Assembly (NCBI GenBank): GCA_965218975.1
Contig: OZ244717.1
Location: 864,001-928,000 of the forward strand
Source: Candidatus Oxydemutatoraceae bacterium
GTDB lineage: Bacteria > Pseudomonadota > Gammaproteobacteria > Poriferisulfidales > Oxydemutatoraceae
DNA: 64,000 bases
Reading direction: 5' to 3'
Shown here: one piece after another, positions 51,964 to 63,031 of the stretch
Position numbering within the stretch: position 1 is the stretch's first letter
Layout of the letters: each line of letters opens with the position of its first letter
Notes under the pieces: model-generated
What the model saw: the letters and a program-made list of their open reading frames with translations, nothing else
Told to the model about the DNA's origin: nothing
Databases searched by the model: none
Translations under genes and position numbers: made by a program

Positions 51964-52007
51964 GACGAATAAGAGTTTACCCTGTATTATTCCGCTTGAG
52001 AAAAGTT

Positions 52008-52676
52008 ATGCAAGAGTTTATTTGTCCGTCCATATTGTCCGCAGATTTTGCTCGACTTGGTGAGGAGGTTCGGTCGGTGTTATCTGCCGACGCGGATATG
52101 ATTCACTTTGACGTAATGGATAATCACTATGTTCCGAATCTGACATTCGGCCCGATGGTGTGTAGTTCCTTACGCAATTGCGGTATCCGTGCGCCCATTG
52201 ATGTGCATTTGATGGCTAAGCCGATTGACCGCTTAATTGTGTCGTTCGCGCAAGCCGGCGCAAGTTGGATTACATTCCATCCCGAAGCCAGCGATCATAT
52301 TGACCGCAGTTTGCAATTGGTACGTGATAACGGCTGCAAGTGCGGTTTGGTATTTAATCCCGCGACGCCGTTAGATTATTTAGACTATGTGATAGATAAA
52401 ATTGATATGGTATTGATCATGTCGGTGAATCCGGGTTTCGGCGGACAAGAGTTCTTGCCTTCGGCATTAAATAAAATCGCTGATGCTCGGCGCAAGATTG
52501 ATCGCGGTGGGAGATCAATTCGACTGCAAGTGGACGGTGGTATAAAGATTGACAACATATCTGCGATCAAGCAAGCGGGTGCCGACACGTTTGTTGCCGG
52601 GTCTGCAATATTCGGAGCGGATGATTACGCCGATGCCATCAACAAATTGCGTCAAGCGATTGTCAGTACCGGATAA
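52008..52676 (+). CDS. rpe: Ribulose-phosphate 3-epimerase
   Basis: [34 protein letters not shown]. Confidence 0.97.
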   Translation: MQEFICPSILSADFARLGEEVRSVLSADADMIHFDVMDNHYVPNLTFGPMVCSSLRNCGIRAPIDVHLMAKPIDRLIVSFAQAGASWITFHPEASDHIDRSLQLVRDNGCKCGLVFNPATPLDYLDYVIDKIDMVLIMSVNPGFGGQEFLPSALNKIADARRKIDRGGRSIRLQVDGGIKIDNISAIKQAGADTFVAGSAIFGADDYADAINKLRQAIVSTG

Positions 52677-52680
52677 GTAT

Positions 52681-54171
52681 ATGATCTCCAATGCCGAGTT
52701 TAAGCGACTATGTTCCGAAGGGCACACGCATATTCCACTGATTCGGTCTTTGCCGCTACCGCCCGGCATCACCCCCGTCAATGCCTATTTAAGGTTAGCG
52801 GATTCGGCGTATAGCTATTTACTTGAGTCTGCCGAAAGCAGTGCGCGTTGGGGGCGTTATTCGATCATCGGTTTGAGTTGCGAGCAACGTATTGAGGTGC
52901 GAGATCGTCAAGTACGATGGTTCGCAGGTTGTGATTGCGTCGAAGAAGTTGAGTGCGATGATCCGTTAGCGTGGGTGGAAGATTTCGCCCGACGGTTTTG
53001 TATGCCGCGATTGGTTGGGTTGCCGAGATTTACCGGCGGATTGGTGGGGTATTTTGGGTATGAAAGCGCCCGCTATATCGAATCCAAGCTAGTTTGTTCC
53101 TCGATTGCTAAAAAGACTGATCCGTTAAACTCGCCGGACATTTTATTGCTTGTTTCCAAAGAAGTGGTTGTGTTTGATAATCTCGAAAATCATATTCATT
53201 TCATTGCTCATGCCGATACGCAAGTCCCCGACAGCTATGCTCAGGCGGTTCAACAAATTGAGGAAGTACATCGCCGTTTGATTACGGGAGAAGAGAAGCC
53301 GCCGCAGCCGACGAGTGTTGAGGTTGATGAAACATGTTTTGTCTCCGAATTTGGTGCGCAGCGTTTCCGGACAGCGGTTGAGAAAACGCGGCGTTATATT
53401 GTTGACGGTGACATCATGCAGCTGGTTTTATCGCAAAGGCTAAGTGTATCGTTTGATGGTCATCCGTTCACCTGTTATTGCGAATTGCGCAAGATCAATC
53501 CTTCGCCGTATATGTATTATTTTAATTTCGGTAATTTTTATGTCGCCGGTGCATCGCCTGAAATCCTTGTACGAGTGGAGAGCGATGAAATTACCGTACG
53601 CCCGATTGCGGGAACACGTCCGCGACAGCAAGATACCGCTACCGATTTATGCATTGAAAAAGAATTGCTGTCGGATGAAAAAGAGCTTGCCGAGCACTTG
53701 ATGCTGATTGATCTCGGACGCAACGATATCGGTAGAGTTTGTGAGATCGGAAGTGTGCGGGTGACTGATCTGATGGTGATTGAAAAGTACTCGCATGTAA
53801 TGCACATCGTATCGCATATTGTTGGCAAACGGCGTCGGGATGTAAGCTTAATTGATATTTTGCGCGCGACTTTTCCCGCCGGAACTGTAAGCGGTGCGCC
53901 GAAAATCAGGGCGATGGAACTGATTGATGAGTTTGAAACGACCAAGCGCGGTATTTATTCGGGTGCGGTCGGGTACTTGTCATGGGACGGCGCAATGGAT
54001 TTAGCGATTGCAATTCGCACCTTAATTATTAAGGACAATCAGCTGTACGCACAAGCTGGCGCCGGTTTGGTTTATGACTCGAAACCGGCACAAGAATGGC
54101 AAGAGACTATGAATAAAGCGCGGGTGATGATGCGAGCGGCGGAATTGGCATCGCAAAAAAATAATCGGTAG
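52681..54171 (+). CDS. trpE: Anthranilate synthase component I
   Basis: LLES, NPSPYMY, PIAGTRPR, EHLMLIDLGRND, PAGTVSGAPK. Confidence 0.95.
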   Translation: MISNAEFKRLCSEGHTHIPLIRSLPLPPGITPVNAYLRLADSAYSYLLESAESSARWGRYSIIGLSCEQRIEVRDRQVRWFAGCDCVEEVECDDPLAWVEDFARRFCMPRLVGLPRFTGGLVGYFGYESARYIESKLVCSSIAKKTDPLNSPDILLLVSKEVVVFDNLENHIHFIAHADTQVPDSYAQAVQQIEEVHRRLITGEEKPPQPTSVEVDETCFVSEFGAQRFRTAVEKTRRYIVDGDIMQLVLSQRLSVSFDGHPFTCYCELRKINPSPYMYYFNFGNFYVAGASPEILVRVESDEITVRPIAGTRPRQQDTATDLCIEKELLSDEKELAEHLMLIDLGRNDIGRVCEIGSVRVTDLMVIEKYSHVMHIVSHIVGKRRRDVSLIDILRATFPAGTVSGAPKIRAMELIDEFETTKRGIYSGAVGYLSWDGAMDLAIAIRTLIIKDNQLYAQAGAGLVYDSKPAQEWQETMNKARVMMRAAELASQKNNR

Positions 54172-54217
54172 TTTCAATCATATCAATCCGGATGACATCT
54201 CCGTTAGGAAATAAGCT

Positions 54218-54799
54218 ATGCTATTGATGATCGACAATTACGATTCCTTCACCTATAACCTGGTGCAATACTTTGGTGAGTTAGGAGCTGACGTGCGAGT
54301 GTTTCGCAACGATAAAATCACTGTGCGTCAAATCGAACAACTGGCGCTGGAACAAATCGTTATTTCCCCCGGTCCTTGCACTCCCGATAAAGCCGGTATC
54401 TCACTTGAAGTCATTAAGCGATTTGTCGGCAGAGTGCCGATTTTGGGGGTTTGTCTCGGACATCAAGTGATCGGTCAAGCGTTTGGCGGCAATATCATAC
54501 GCAGCAAAAAAGTGATGCACGGGAAAACATCATTGGTGCATCATAACGGTCGCGGTTTGTTTACCGGTTTTAATAATCCGTTTCAATCAACGCGGTATCA
54601 TTCGCTGGTGATTGAAAGGGAATCTTTGCCCGAGTGTCTTGAATTGACCGCATGGACGCAAGAAAACAACGAATTTGGTGAAATTATGGCGGTGTGCCAC
54701 AAAGAGTATGCGGTTGCCGGAGTGCAGTTTCATCCGGAATCCATTCTGACGGATTACGGACATGAGTTGCTGAAGCATTTTTTAGATGACAAAATTTAG
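54218..54799 (+). CDS. trpG: Anthranilate synthase component II
   Basis: [28 protein letters not shown]. Confidence 0.95.
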   Translation: MLLMIDNYDSFTYNLVQYFGELGADVRVFRNDKITVRQIEQLALEQIVISPGPCTPDKAGISLEVIKRFVGRVPILGVCLGHQVIGQAFGGNIIRSKKVMHGKTSLVHHNGRGLFTGFNNPFQSTRYHSLVIERESLPECLELTAWTQENNEFGEIMAVCHKEYAVAGVQFHPESILTDYGHELLKHFLDDKI

Positions 54800-55823
54800 C
54801 GCAGTGCTTGAGGCAGTGCTTGCCGGCGATAATCTTGATCAAGTGCAAATGAGCGCATTGATGTCTGCGGTGATGGAGGATAGGCTTAGTGCGGCACAGC
54901 TGGCAGCATTTCTGATTGCTTTGCGTATGAAGGGTGAAACAGCTGATGAATTGACCGCGGCGGCGATGACAGTGCGCAGGTTTGCCGCACCGATCAGCAG
55001 TTGCGTATCCGACTTGGTGGATACTTGCGGCACGGGCGGTGACGGGCTGGGGACATTTAATATTTCCACTGCCGCCGCGATTGTCGCCGCTGCGGCCGGG
55101 GTGCATATTGCCAAGCACGGTAATCGTTCGGTTTCAAGTAACAGCGGTAGTGCGGATTTTTTGCAAGCGATTGGTGTTGATTTGACGCTCAATGCCGATC
55201 AAGTTGCAAGCTGTATTGAACGAGTCGGCATCGGGTTCTTATTTGCGCCGCAGTTTCATAGCGCAATGAAATTTGCCGCACCGGTGCGTAAGGAGATTGG
55301 CGTACGAACGTTATTTAACTTGCTGGGACCGTTAACCAATCCGTTGGGAGCGAAAATTCAGTTAATTGGTGTTTATGACATACAATGGCTGCAGCGAATT
55401 GCGCAAGCGGCACAGCGATTGGGTGTTCGCCGAGCGATGGTTGTGCATGGGGAGGACGGGATGGATGAAATCAGTATTAATGCACCGACTCAAGTAGTGG
55501 AATTGGATCGGGATACACTACGCTCGTATCGTATCTTACCGCAAGATTTTGGTATACGACCGAGCCCGTTTTCAGCGATTGCGGCAAAGGACGTTGCTGC
55601 CGGACGGGAATTAATTTTAGCGGTTTTCAGCGGTGAAAAAGGCGCGGCGCATGATATTATTTCCATCAATGCGGCCGCAGTGATTTATTTGAGCGGAATC
55701 GCGGAAGATTTCCCACAAGCGTTCGCGACGGCACAGACGACGATTGATTCGGGGGCGGCGGCAAGCACATTGGAAAAATTTGTCGCTACAACGCAAATGC
55801 TTGCAAAAATGAAGCAGACATGA
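54786..55823 (+). CDS. trpD: Anthranilate phosphoribosyltransferase
   Basis: [29 protein letters not shown]. Confidence 0.97.
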   Translation: MTKFSAVLEAVLAGDNLDQVQMSALMSAVMEDRLSAAQLAAFLIALRMKGETADELTAAAMTVRRFAAPISSCVSDLVDTCGTGGDGLGTFNISTAAAIVAAAAGVHIAKHGNRSVSSNSGSADFLQAIGVDLTLNADQVASCIERVGIGFLFAPQFHSAMKFAAPVRKEIGVRTLFNLLGPLTNPLGAKIQLIGVYDIQWLQRIAQAAQRLGVRRAMVVHGEDGMDEISINAPTQVVELDRDTLRSYRILPQDFGIRPSPFSAIAAKDVAAGRELILAVFSGEKGAAHDIISINAAAVIYLSGIAEDFPQAFATAQTTIDSGAAASTLEKFVATTQMLAKMKQT

Positions 55824-56626
55824 CGGTGCCGGCGCGATTTCTTAAAGAGATCCTTGCGTATAAGCGTGAGGAAGTTGCCGAACGTAAGCGGCAATACACT
55901 GTCGGCGAATTACGCGAGCGGGCGGAAGAGCAGGATAAACCGCGCGGTTTTCAGCGCGCTCTGCAAGCAAGCGTTGCACAGAATAAAGCAACGATTATCG
56001 CCGAATTAAAACGTGCATCGCCGAGCAAAGGTGTCTTACGTGAGGATTTTGACCCGCTGACGATTGCACGCAGCTACATGATCGGCGGCGCAACCTGTTT
56101 GTCGGTGTTAACCGACAATAAATTTTTCAAAAGTTCCGGTGCAATATTAGATTTAGTGCGCAGACATTGTCCCTTGCCCGCCTTGCGTAAGGACTTCATC
56201 ATTGACGAGTACCAAGTGTATGAAAGCCGCGCCTTTGGCGCTGATTGCATGCTGCTGATTGTCGTGGCAACTTCCGGGTCTCAACTGCGGGATTTGTTTC
56301 ATCTGGCCAATGAACAAAATATGGATGTATTGGTAGAAGTGCACAATGCTGCCGAACTTGAAGATGCGCTCGCGTTGGGCGATATCTTGAGGATGATCGG
56401 AATCAACAATCGCGATTTACACACATTTGAAGTTGACCTGCAAACAACTTTGGATTTGGTAAGTGAAATTCCCGGCGACAAACTGATTGTTAGCGAAAGT
56501 GGAATTGGCACCTATGCGGATATTGAGCAGCTGATGAATGTCGGGGTTTATGCGTATCTGATTGGCGAATCATTGATCACTGCCGACAACCCGGGCGAGC
56601 GGTTAAAGGCTTTGCTAGCGCAATGA
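55820..56626 (+). CDS. trpC: Indole-3-glycerol phosphate synthase
   Basis: IAELKRASPSKG, LRKDFI, GINNRDL, VSESGI. Confidence 0.97.
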   Translation: MTVPARFLKEILAYKREEVAERKRQYTVGELRERAEEQDKPRGFQRALQASVAQNKATIIAELKRASPSKGVLREDFDPLTIARSYMIGGATCLSVLTDNKFFKSSGAILDLVRRHCPLPALRKDFIIDEYQVYESRAFGADCMLLIVVATSGSQLRDLFHLANEQNMDVLVEVHNAAELEDALALGDILRMIGINNRDLHTFEVDLQTTLDLVSEIPGDKLIVSESGIGTYADIEQLMNVGVYAYLIGESLITADNPGERLKALLAQ

Positions 56627-57057
56627 GCCGGCGCACGATGCAAGTGAACGTACGCTGGACATCGGCAATGAGTTTTGTTGCAGAAACTGGTACCGGACAT
56701 AGTATTTGCATGGACGGCGCGCCTGAATTCGGCGGACGCAATTTAGCGCCGCGTCCGATGGAAATGGTGTTAGTCGGTGCCGGCGGCTGCAGTAGTTTTG
56801 ATATGGTGAAAATTTTACGGCAGCGAAAGCAGGATTTGCGCGGGATCGAATTACAAGTGCAAGCTGAGCGTGCCGAGACGATACCAGCCATATTCAAGCA
56901 GATTCACATACGATTTATTGTGACCGGCCGTCGCTTGAATAAAGAGATTGTGCGTCAGGCGGTATTTGAATCGGTTGAAAAATATTCATCGGTTTCTAAA
57001 ATGTTAGAAGGAACAGTACGCATTACGTACGACCATGCAATTGTCGAGGTGGAGTAG
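56623..57057 (+). CDS. OsmC/YhfA family protein
   Basis: MDGAPEFGGRN..PRPME...GGCS; EKYSSV where the family usually has EKYCS. Confidence 0.88.
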   Translation: MSRRTMQVNVRWTSAMSFVAETGTGHSICMDGAPEFGGRNLAPRPMEMVLVGAGGCSSFDMVKILRQRKQDLRGIELQVQAERAETIPAIFKQIHIRFIVTGRRLNKEIVRQAVFESVEKYSSVSKMLEGTVRITYDHAIVEVE

Positions 57058-57468
57058 ATGCGTGACCTATCAATGGCGGGACTTAGGCATGTTGCTTTGC
57101 GTGTGGCGAAGTTTGAGTCTTGCGAGCAATTTTATACGCAGCTGCTCGGCTATCGAGTTGAGTGGCGCCCTGATGAGGACAATGTGTATCTTACCTGCGG
57201 AATTGATAATCTTGCCTTGCATCGTAGCGAGAATAGAGCGAAATCCGGGCGACTGGATCATATCGGAATTATTCTGAATACACCGCAAGAGGTTGATCGT
57301 TGGTTTAAGTTTTTGCGCTCGCATCATGTGCCGATGGAGGCCGCGCCCAAAACTCATCGCGACGAGACGCGCAGTTTTTATTGTTATGATCCGGACGGAA
57401 CGCTGTTGCAAATGATGTATCATCCGTCGCTCGCTAATGCGCGGATGGTATCGTCCGGTGACACATAG
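57058..57468 (+). CDS. VOC/glyoxalase family protein
   Basis: LRHVAL, FY..LLG, LDHIG, SFYCYDPDG. Confidence 0.88.
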   Translation: MRDLSMAGLRHVALRVAKFESCEQFYTQLLGYRVEWRPDEDNVYLTCGIDNLALHRSENRAKSGRLDHIGIILNTPQEVDRWFKFLRSHHVPMEAAPKTHRDETRSFYCYDPDGTLLQMMYHPSLANARMVSSGDT

Positions 57469-57482
57469 TTTGTAACGATCGT

Positions 57483-58763
57483 ACGACCATTTCCAAACAA
57501 CTGACAGATTTTGATCGGGCACATTTGTGGCATCCGTACACGACCTTGCCGTCTTGTCAGCCTGCGTATCCGGTGGTTGCTGCCGAAGGAGTCTGCTTGC
57601 AGCTTGCTGACGGCAGGCAGCTGATTGATGGGATGTCTTCATGGTGGGCGGCGATTCACGGTTATAACCATCCGATACTAAATGCCGCTTTAATTGAACA
57701 AAGCTGGCAGATGGCGCACGTGATGTTTGGTGGTCTGACCCACCCGCCGGCAGTGGATTTAGGTAAGCGTTTATTGCAGATTTTGCCGTGCCGGCTGGAT
57801 TGTATTTTCTTTTGTGACTCGGGATCGGTAGCGGTTGAAGTTGCGATTAAAATGGCAGTGCAATACTGGTCTTTGCGTGGCGAGTCACGACGTAAGAAAC
57901 TATTGACGGTTCGCCACGGCTACCACGGCGATACCTTCGCCGCCATGTCGGTATCGGATCCGGAAAATGGAATGCACAATTTATTTGTGTCGCAATTAAC
58001 GCAACAGATTTTCGCGCAAGCGCCGCCGTGTCGGGGCGATTTTGACGAAGCAGTGGGCGATATGCGTGGCAAATTGGCGCGCCATCGAGGAGAAATCATT
58101 GCCGTAATTATTGAACCGGTTGTACAAGGTGCAGGCGGAATGCGCATCTATGACCCGCGCTATCTTATCCATCTGCGTCGATTATGCGATGAGTTTGACA
58201 CTTTGCTGATTTTTGACGAGATTGCAACCGGTTTTGGTCGCACCGGGCGTATGTTTGCAAGCGAACACGCTGCGGTGGTTCCTGACATCATGTGCATTGG
58301 TAAAGCGTTAAGTGCAGGCTATTTGACATTGGCGGCGACTATTACTAATACGCAGATCGCGCGGCAAGTCTGCAGTCATGGCGCGCAACCGTTTATGCAT
58401 GGTCCTACCTATATGGCAAATCCGCTTGCTTGCGCGGTCGCACGCGAGAACATTGACTTGCTATTGCGCGGAGAATGGCAGACGCAGGTTCAGTCTATAG
58501 AGACACAGCTGCACGCCGAGTTGGGAGTGTGCCGGAATCATCCGGCAGTGAAAGCGGTACGAGTGAAAGGTGCGCTTGGTGTGGTTGAAATGTGCTCGCC
58601 GGTGGATGTCGCAACATTGTGTGCATATTTTGTCAAAGCAGGAGTTTGGATTCGTCCGTTTATGAATCTGATTTATCTGATGCCGCCGTACATCATTCGG
58701 GCCGAGCAACTGACGCGATTGACTGACGCGATTTCCCACGCAATCGCCCTAAGTCACAAATAA
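57483..58763 (+). CDS. bioA: Adenosylmethionine-8-amino-7-oxononanoate aminotransferase (start codon non-canonical or uncertain)
   Basis: FDRAHLWHPY, DGMSSWW, SGSVAVEVAIK, GYHGDT, DEIATGFGRTG, HGPTYMANP. Confidence 0.93.
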   Translation, partial: TTISKQLTDFDRAHLWHPYTTLPSCQPAYPVVAAEGVCLQLADGRQLIDGMSSWWAAIHGYNHPILNAALIEQSWQMAHVMFGGLTHPPAVDLGKRLLQILPCRLDCIFFCDSGSVAVEVAIKMAVQYWSLRGESRRKKLLTVRHGYHGDTFAAMSVSDPENGMHNLFVSQLTQQIFAQAPPCRGDFDEAVGDMRGKLARHRGEIIAVIIEPVVQGAGGMRIYDPRYLIHLRRLCDEFDTLLIFDEIATGFGRTGRMFASEHAAVVPDIMCIGKALSAGYLTLAATITNTQIARQVCSHGAQPFMHGPTYMANPLACAVARENIDLLLRGEWQTQVQSIETQLHAELGVCRNHPAVKAVRVKGALGVVEMCSPVDVATLCAYFVKAGVWIRPFMNLIYLMPPYIIRAEQLTRLTDAISHAIALSHK

Positions 58764-59392
58764 TGCGCGATGGAAGTCATTACCTTTGCCGCCATTCGCA
58801 TAGCCTGCCGCACAGGTGCCGGTAGATTGCTACCGCCCGCTTCTTGAGCCTGCTGCGCATGTTCTGCCTCATCCGCTTGAATCTGTCTGATGATAGCGAG
58901 GGTTCTCTTGTCTTTAGACGAGATGCGTCTGCAGTGTGATTTAAGATGCTGCACAACTTGATCCTCAGTTTCTTTAACAAAGCCCAAACTATAACGGTCG
59001 CCAAACAAACCGACAACAGCGCCGATAGACATTGAGCCGACATACCAGAGTGGTGTTAGCAGACTGGTTCTACCACCGAGTTCACGGATGCGTTTTTCAC
59101 ACCAGGCCAGGTGGTCGGCTTCTTCATGTGATGCTTGCTTAAGCTGTTTTACCGTCGTATTGCTTCGTGCCGTAAGAGCCTGCCCGTGGTACAATCCTTG
59201 CGCTGAAATTTCCCCTGCGTGGTTCACTCGCATCAAGCGCGCGGAGTCACGTTTGTCGGCGGCGATTAATTCATCGTCACAATTGGTTTCGGTGCTCGGA
59301 ATTTCACGCTGCGCCGTGCTTTGAACAGTTAAGACTTTAATCGCTTGGTCAATGACTTCAAGCAGACGATCAAGTGAAGTGTAATGACGCAT
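58754..59392 (-). CDS. coq7: Demethoxyubiquinone hydroxylase (di-iron, Coq7 family)
   Basis: LMRVNHAGE, EEADHLAWC, ETEDQV..HL, DEAEH. Confidence 0.93.
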   Translation of the reverse strand: MRHYTSLDRLLEVIDQAIKVLTVQSTAQREIPSTETNCDDELIAADKRDSARLMRVNHAGEISAQGLYHGQALTARSNTTVKQLKQASHEEADHLAWCEKRIRELGGRTSLLTPLWYVGSMSIGAVVGLFGDRYSLGFVKETEDQVVQHLKSHCRRISSKDKRTLAIIRQIQADEAEHAQQAQEAGGSNLPAPVRQAMRMAAKVMTSIAHYL

Positions 59393-59572
59393 TGTGTTGT
59401 AAAGTTGCAAAGTTACAGACGTCTGGCATAGTAGCATAGTCGGTGGTCGAGTGTCATTCTCGCGTAGGCATAAATCTCAAACGGATGCAGGTATCGCTTT
59501 GCATCATCAAAAAAAGGATAACGGTCGTTTAACGCGACCGATGCACCGTTTGCTAATCTTTGGGGAAGCGGT

Positions 59573-60814
59573 TTATTTTACTAAATTCTTCTTCAACCAG
59601 CTAATCGGGTGCATCACTTCAACCGCCATTTGGCGTTGCGCAAGACCACGACGAAAATGTAGCGCGCAACCGATGTTAGACGTTAACAATATTCGGCTTT
59701 TCTGTTGGGCGAGTACGTCCAATAACGGTTCTAACAATGCTTGTGCCGTCGCCGGATGCATAAGCATATAAGCGCCGGCCGCTCCGCAACATGCAGCTTG
59801 TTTGGTTAGCGGTCGGATGTTTAATCCTGGTACCAACGACAACAATTTCTCTACTTCATCGCTTTGCATTGTGCACGGAGTATGCAGTGTAACGGTGTCG
59901 GTGCACTTCCGGAAATTCAGTGCCTTGCGATAATGTGACAGGAAACAGCTAACATCGTAATGCCGGATGTTTAGCCGTTCGGCGTGTTCAGCAAGCTGCA
60001 CGCCACAGCCGCCGGCACAGCTAATCACTTCAGGAGTATTCTGAAAGGCGATGGCGTTTTGCGCAAGCAATGTTTCGGCAGATTGCCAATCACCCGCATG
60101 TTGGTGCATTGCACCACAGCAGTTTTGCTTTTTAGGGACTACCACTTTAAACCCGACGATATTCAGCAATTGCTTTGTTGCATTTAGCGTTTCGCTGTCC
60201 AAGATTTCCCCGACACAACCGGTGAACAACGCGACAGTTTGTTTGCCGGTTTTAGCTTGATTGCGATAAGTGAACCGAGGCATACATCGCGGTAACATCA
60301 TGTCGAATTTTTCCAACCCGAAAAGTTTTAGCACGTGCGTTTTTTGCAGCAGAGTTCTCAGCCCGCTGCGTCGATAGATTTGCAATAATGCCACGCCGCA
60401 ACGGCGCAAAATACGCATACGCGCAAACCCGTTGAGCCAAACCGGAAGTTGAGTCGGAGACTGAGCTGAAAACTTAGCTTGAGTCGTACTTTTTTCTGCG
60501 GACTGAACGAATAACTCGCGCCTCGCTTGATCGAGCAATCGTCCGAACGGCACTTGTGCCGGACAAACTGTTTCGCAATGCCGGCATAACAGACAGCCTT
60601 CCAAATGTTCTATCAACTTTTCGTCGGGCGCAATATCATCGTTCGCCAACGCTTTCATCAGTGAAATTCTGCCGCGCGGCGAATCGCCCTCCTGTTGAAA
60701 CAAGTTGTAAGTGGGACAATGCGGCAAGCATAAGCCGCACATGACGCATCGATCAGCTTCTTTGATTTGCAATGCTTTGGCCGAGGAATCGGTTATAAGA
60801 TCGGTGCGGTGCAT
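59573..60814 (-). CDS. GlcF-like Fe-S oxidoreductase (two 4Fe-4S motifs plus CCG domains)
   Basis: CVMCGLCLPHCPTY, SPRGR, CLLCRHCETVCP, CCGA x2, NIGC. Confidence 0.88.
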   Translation of the reverse strand: MHRTDLITDSSAKALQIKEADRCVMCGLCLPHCPTYNLFQQEGDSPRGRISLMKALANDDIAPDEKLIEHLEGCLLCRHCETVCPAQVPFGRLLDQARRELFVQSAEKSTTQAKFSAQSPTQLPVWLNGFARMRILRRCGVALLQIYRRSGLRTLLQKTHVLKLFGLEKFDMMLPRCMPRFTYRNQAKTGKQTVALFTGCVGEILDSETLNATKQLLNIVGFKVVVPKKQNCCGAMHQHAGDWQSAETLLAQNAIAFQNTPEVISCAGGCGVQLAEHAERLNIRHYDVSCFLSHYRKALNFRKCTDTVTLHTPCTMQSDEVEKLLSLVPGLNIRPLTKQAACCGAAGAYMLMHPATAQALLEPLLDVLAQQKSRILLTSNIGCALHFRRGLAQRQMAVEVMHPISWLKKNLVK

Positions 60815-61173
60815 AACAATGGAATCATACTGCTTTTTCTATTGATACTGCATAGTGTCGGATACATAACGAATTAGCGCTCCACAATAAAATAGGCGGA
60901 CGATGCGTAATATCCGCATATCGATTGTCGCACCAGAAATTTCTAACCATCTTTTGGGGGGCAGTAACGGGAAGCAAATTGAAGAACCGGACGATTGGTT
61001 GTTTAATATAATGGATGACAATCGCACAAGGGACTGGAATTGAAAACCCCGGTTCAATCTGCATAAGCTATCATTCAACAACACGAAGTGTACAATAAAC
61101 CCGCGGACTCATAAGTATGTGCTAGCATTCTTGGCTAATCGATGACAAAATAGGTAAATATAAATAGGTAATA

Positions 61174-61812
61174 ATGACAAAATCCGCACCACAAAATATC
61201 GAACAGCTTTTGATTCGGTTTAATAGTGATATTCGACAGGTTGAGTATCTTGCCACCGGCGCACGTGCATGGGTGTACAAAGCATGCTATCGACAACGCA
61301 ATGTAGTTGCCAAAGTTTATAAGCCGAAAGCAGCGGTAAAGTACGCAAAGCGTTGCGGAAAAAATATTGCTGCCTTCGAGTTTTCGCGCAATCGGGAATT
61401 CTATGTTCGTCCGACTTTGCAAAAATATACGGCGGAACCGATTCGCTATTTTAGTGTCGGAGGCTATCATGTTTTTATTCAGGAATTTATTGATGGGTCT
61501 ATGCTGCAAGATTTTATTCGACTATATCGTTATCTTCCCGAAGAAGTGTTGCAAGCGGGGCGTTTCATTGTAGATGAAGCAAGTAAGTTCAATTTATATG
61601 ACATAGACATCCATAAAGGGAATGTTGCGGTTGTCCCGTTTGAGGGTGGTTGGAAGCCGATGCTATGTGATTTTAATATGCTGCCGCAGCATCATTTTCC
61701 GCCTAACCCGTTGCTAGCGATAGGATTTTTCTTTGGCTGGTATTCGCCTAACCGACGCGATTATAGAAATCTTCGCGATTGGGCGGATTATGCGTGTAGA
61801 ATATGCGCTTAA
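61174..61812 (+). CDS. Kinase-like protein (RIO/Kdo/LPS-kinase-like fold)
   Basis: LATGARAWVY, VAKVY, QEFIDG, DIHKGNV, CDFN; adjacent to hldD. Confidence 0.65.
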   Translation: MTKSAPQNIEQLLIRFNSDIRQVEYLATGARAWVYKACYRQRNVVAKVYKPKAAVKYAKRCGKNIAAFEFSRNREFYVRPTLQKYTAEPIRYFSVGGYHVFIQEFIDGSMLQDFIRLYRYLPEEVLQAGRFIVDEASKFNLYDIDIHKGNVAVVPFEGGWKPMLCDFNMLPQHHFPPNPLLAIGFFFGWYSPNRRDYRNLRDWADYACRICA

Positions 61813-61863
61813 CACAAAATAAATACCCCCCTTCACTTAACTAAAAAATTAAGAAGGTTGATT

Positions 61864-62859
61864 ATGTATGTGGTAACAGGAGCGGGAGGATTCATCGGTA
61901 GGAATACTGTGCTTGAGATGAACAGGCTAGGCATGCCTGCGCCTCTCGTTGTTGACGAACCTACCGGCATGAGTCAGTTGGAAAACTTAGAAGGCTTGAT
62001 TGTCGCAGGCTACTTAGGGAAAGAAGAATTCCTTGATCGGCTGGAAAACGACAGGAAATTTTCTGAGAAAATTAAAGTCATTTTTCATGAAGGCGCTTGC
62101 TCGTCAACTATTGAACAAGATATGGAATATTTGATGCGAGTTAACTTTCATTTTACCGTCAAGCTGCTTCAATTGTGCTCCGAGTTTTATATCGTCGTGC
62201 AGTACGCATCCAGTGCGGGTGTGTATGGTGCGAACCATGTTTCGCGCGAACTTCCGAAGAACGAGGAACCGCTCACCGCCTATGCCCAAAGCAAGTTGAT
62301 GATTGATCTGTTTCTTCGCGAAGCGATACGCCGCGCTCAAGGCAGACCCCTGATGCCGGCAACCGCATTGCGTTATTTCAATGTTTATGGAATGGGTGAG
62401 TGGCATAAAGGTTGTATGCGCAGTGTGCCGCTGGTATTCTACGAACAACTGTTGAAAACCGGTAAAATCAAAGTGTTTGGTGAATATGGCGGATACGAGC
62501 CGGGCGAGCACCGTCGTGATTTCATTTTCATTGAGGATTTGATCAAGTTGAAATTTTGGTGTTTGAGAAACTGTTTTCAACCGGTTATCTTAAATGCAGG
62601 TACCGGTATGAACTGGTCGTTTAATGACGTCGCCAAGGCGGTAATTGATTTTCATGGAAGCGGAGAAATTGAATACATTCCATTTCCCGAACACCTTAAA
62701 AACTCTTATCAGTGTTACACGAAAGCGAATTTGGAAGCATTGCATGCCGCCGGATATAAAGAGAAATTTACACCGATTGACGAAGGGGTTAAGAAATATC
62801 TGACTCAAATCAAGAAGTCGGGACGGCTGGAGTCGTCTTTTACCTGCGCTAACAAATAA
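61864..62859 (+). CDS. hldD: ADP-L-glycero-D-manno-heptose 6-epimerase
   Basis: VTGAGGFIG, FHEGACSST, YASSAGVYG, YAQSK, LRYFNVYG..E.HKG.M, RDFI. Confidence 0.92.
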   Translation: MYVVTGAGGFIGRNTVLEMNRLGMPAPLVVDEPTGMSQLENLEGLIVAGYLGKEEFLDRLENDRKFSEKIKVIFHEGACSSTIEQDMEYLMRVNFHFTVKLLQLCSEFYIVVQYASSAGVYGANHVSRELPKNEEPLTAYAQSKLMIDLFLREAIRRAQGRPLMPATALRYFNVYGMGEWHKGCMRSVPLVFYEQLLKTGKIKVFGEYGGYEPGEHRRDFIFIEDLIKLKFWCLRNCFQPVILNAGTGMNWSFNDVAKAVIDFHGSGEIEYIPFPEHLKNSYQCYTKANLEALHAAGYKEKFTPIDEGVKKYLTQIKKSGRLESSFTCANK

Positions 62860-62928
62860 CCGCAATCGGGCGGATAGGAGTGATGAGGGGAGGAACTTCG
62901 CAGGTGCATAAGCTCAGAAACATTTGGC

Positions 62929-62986
62929 ACTCCTGCCGACCGGAGCAGAAGCCTTGCAAAAATCCCATTTAGGGTGGCATCGTACA
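62929..62986 (+). mobile_element. Third IS481-like right-end remnant
   Basis: LLPTGAEALQKSHLGWHRT; AAAAATCCCATTTAGGGTGGCATCGTACA matches the reverse complement of the end at 47978. Confidence 0.75.
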
Positions 62987-63031
62987 CCGGGTTGCTAAAA
63001 TCGGGTATAGTTGGGATACTATACATAGCTG

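Noticed and set aside
60825-61084. Two short overlapping minus-strand ORFs upstream of the GlcF-like gene
   Set aside because: No supportable homology; possibly a remnant.
62875-62925. RNase P RNA-like start (GGGGAGGAA)
   Set aside because: It lacks the GAGGAAAGTCC consensus and the downstream conserved elements.
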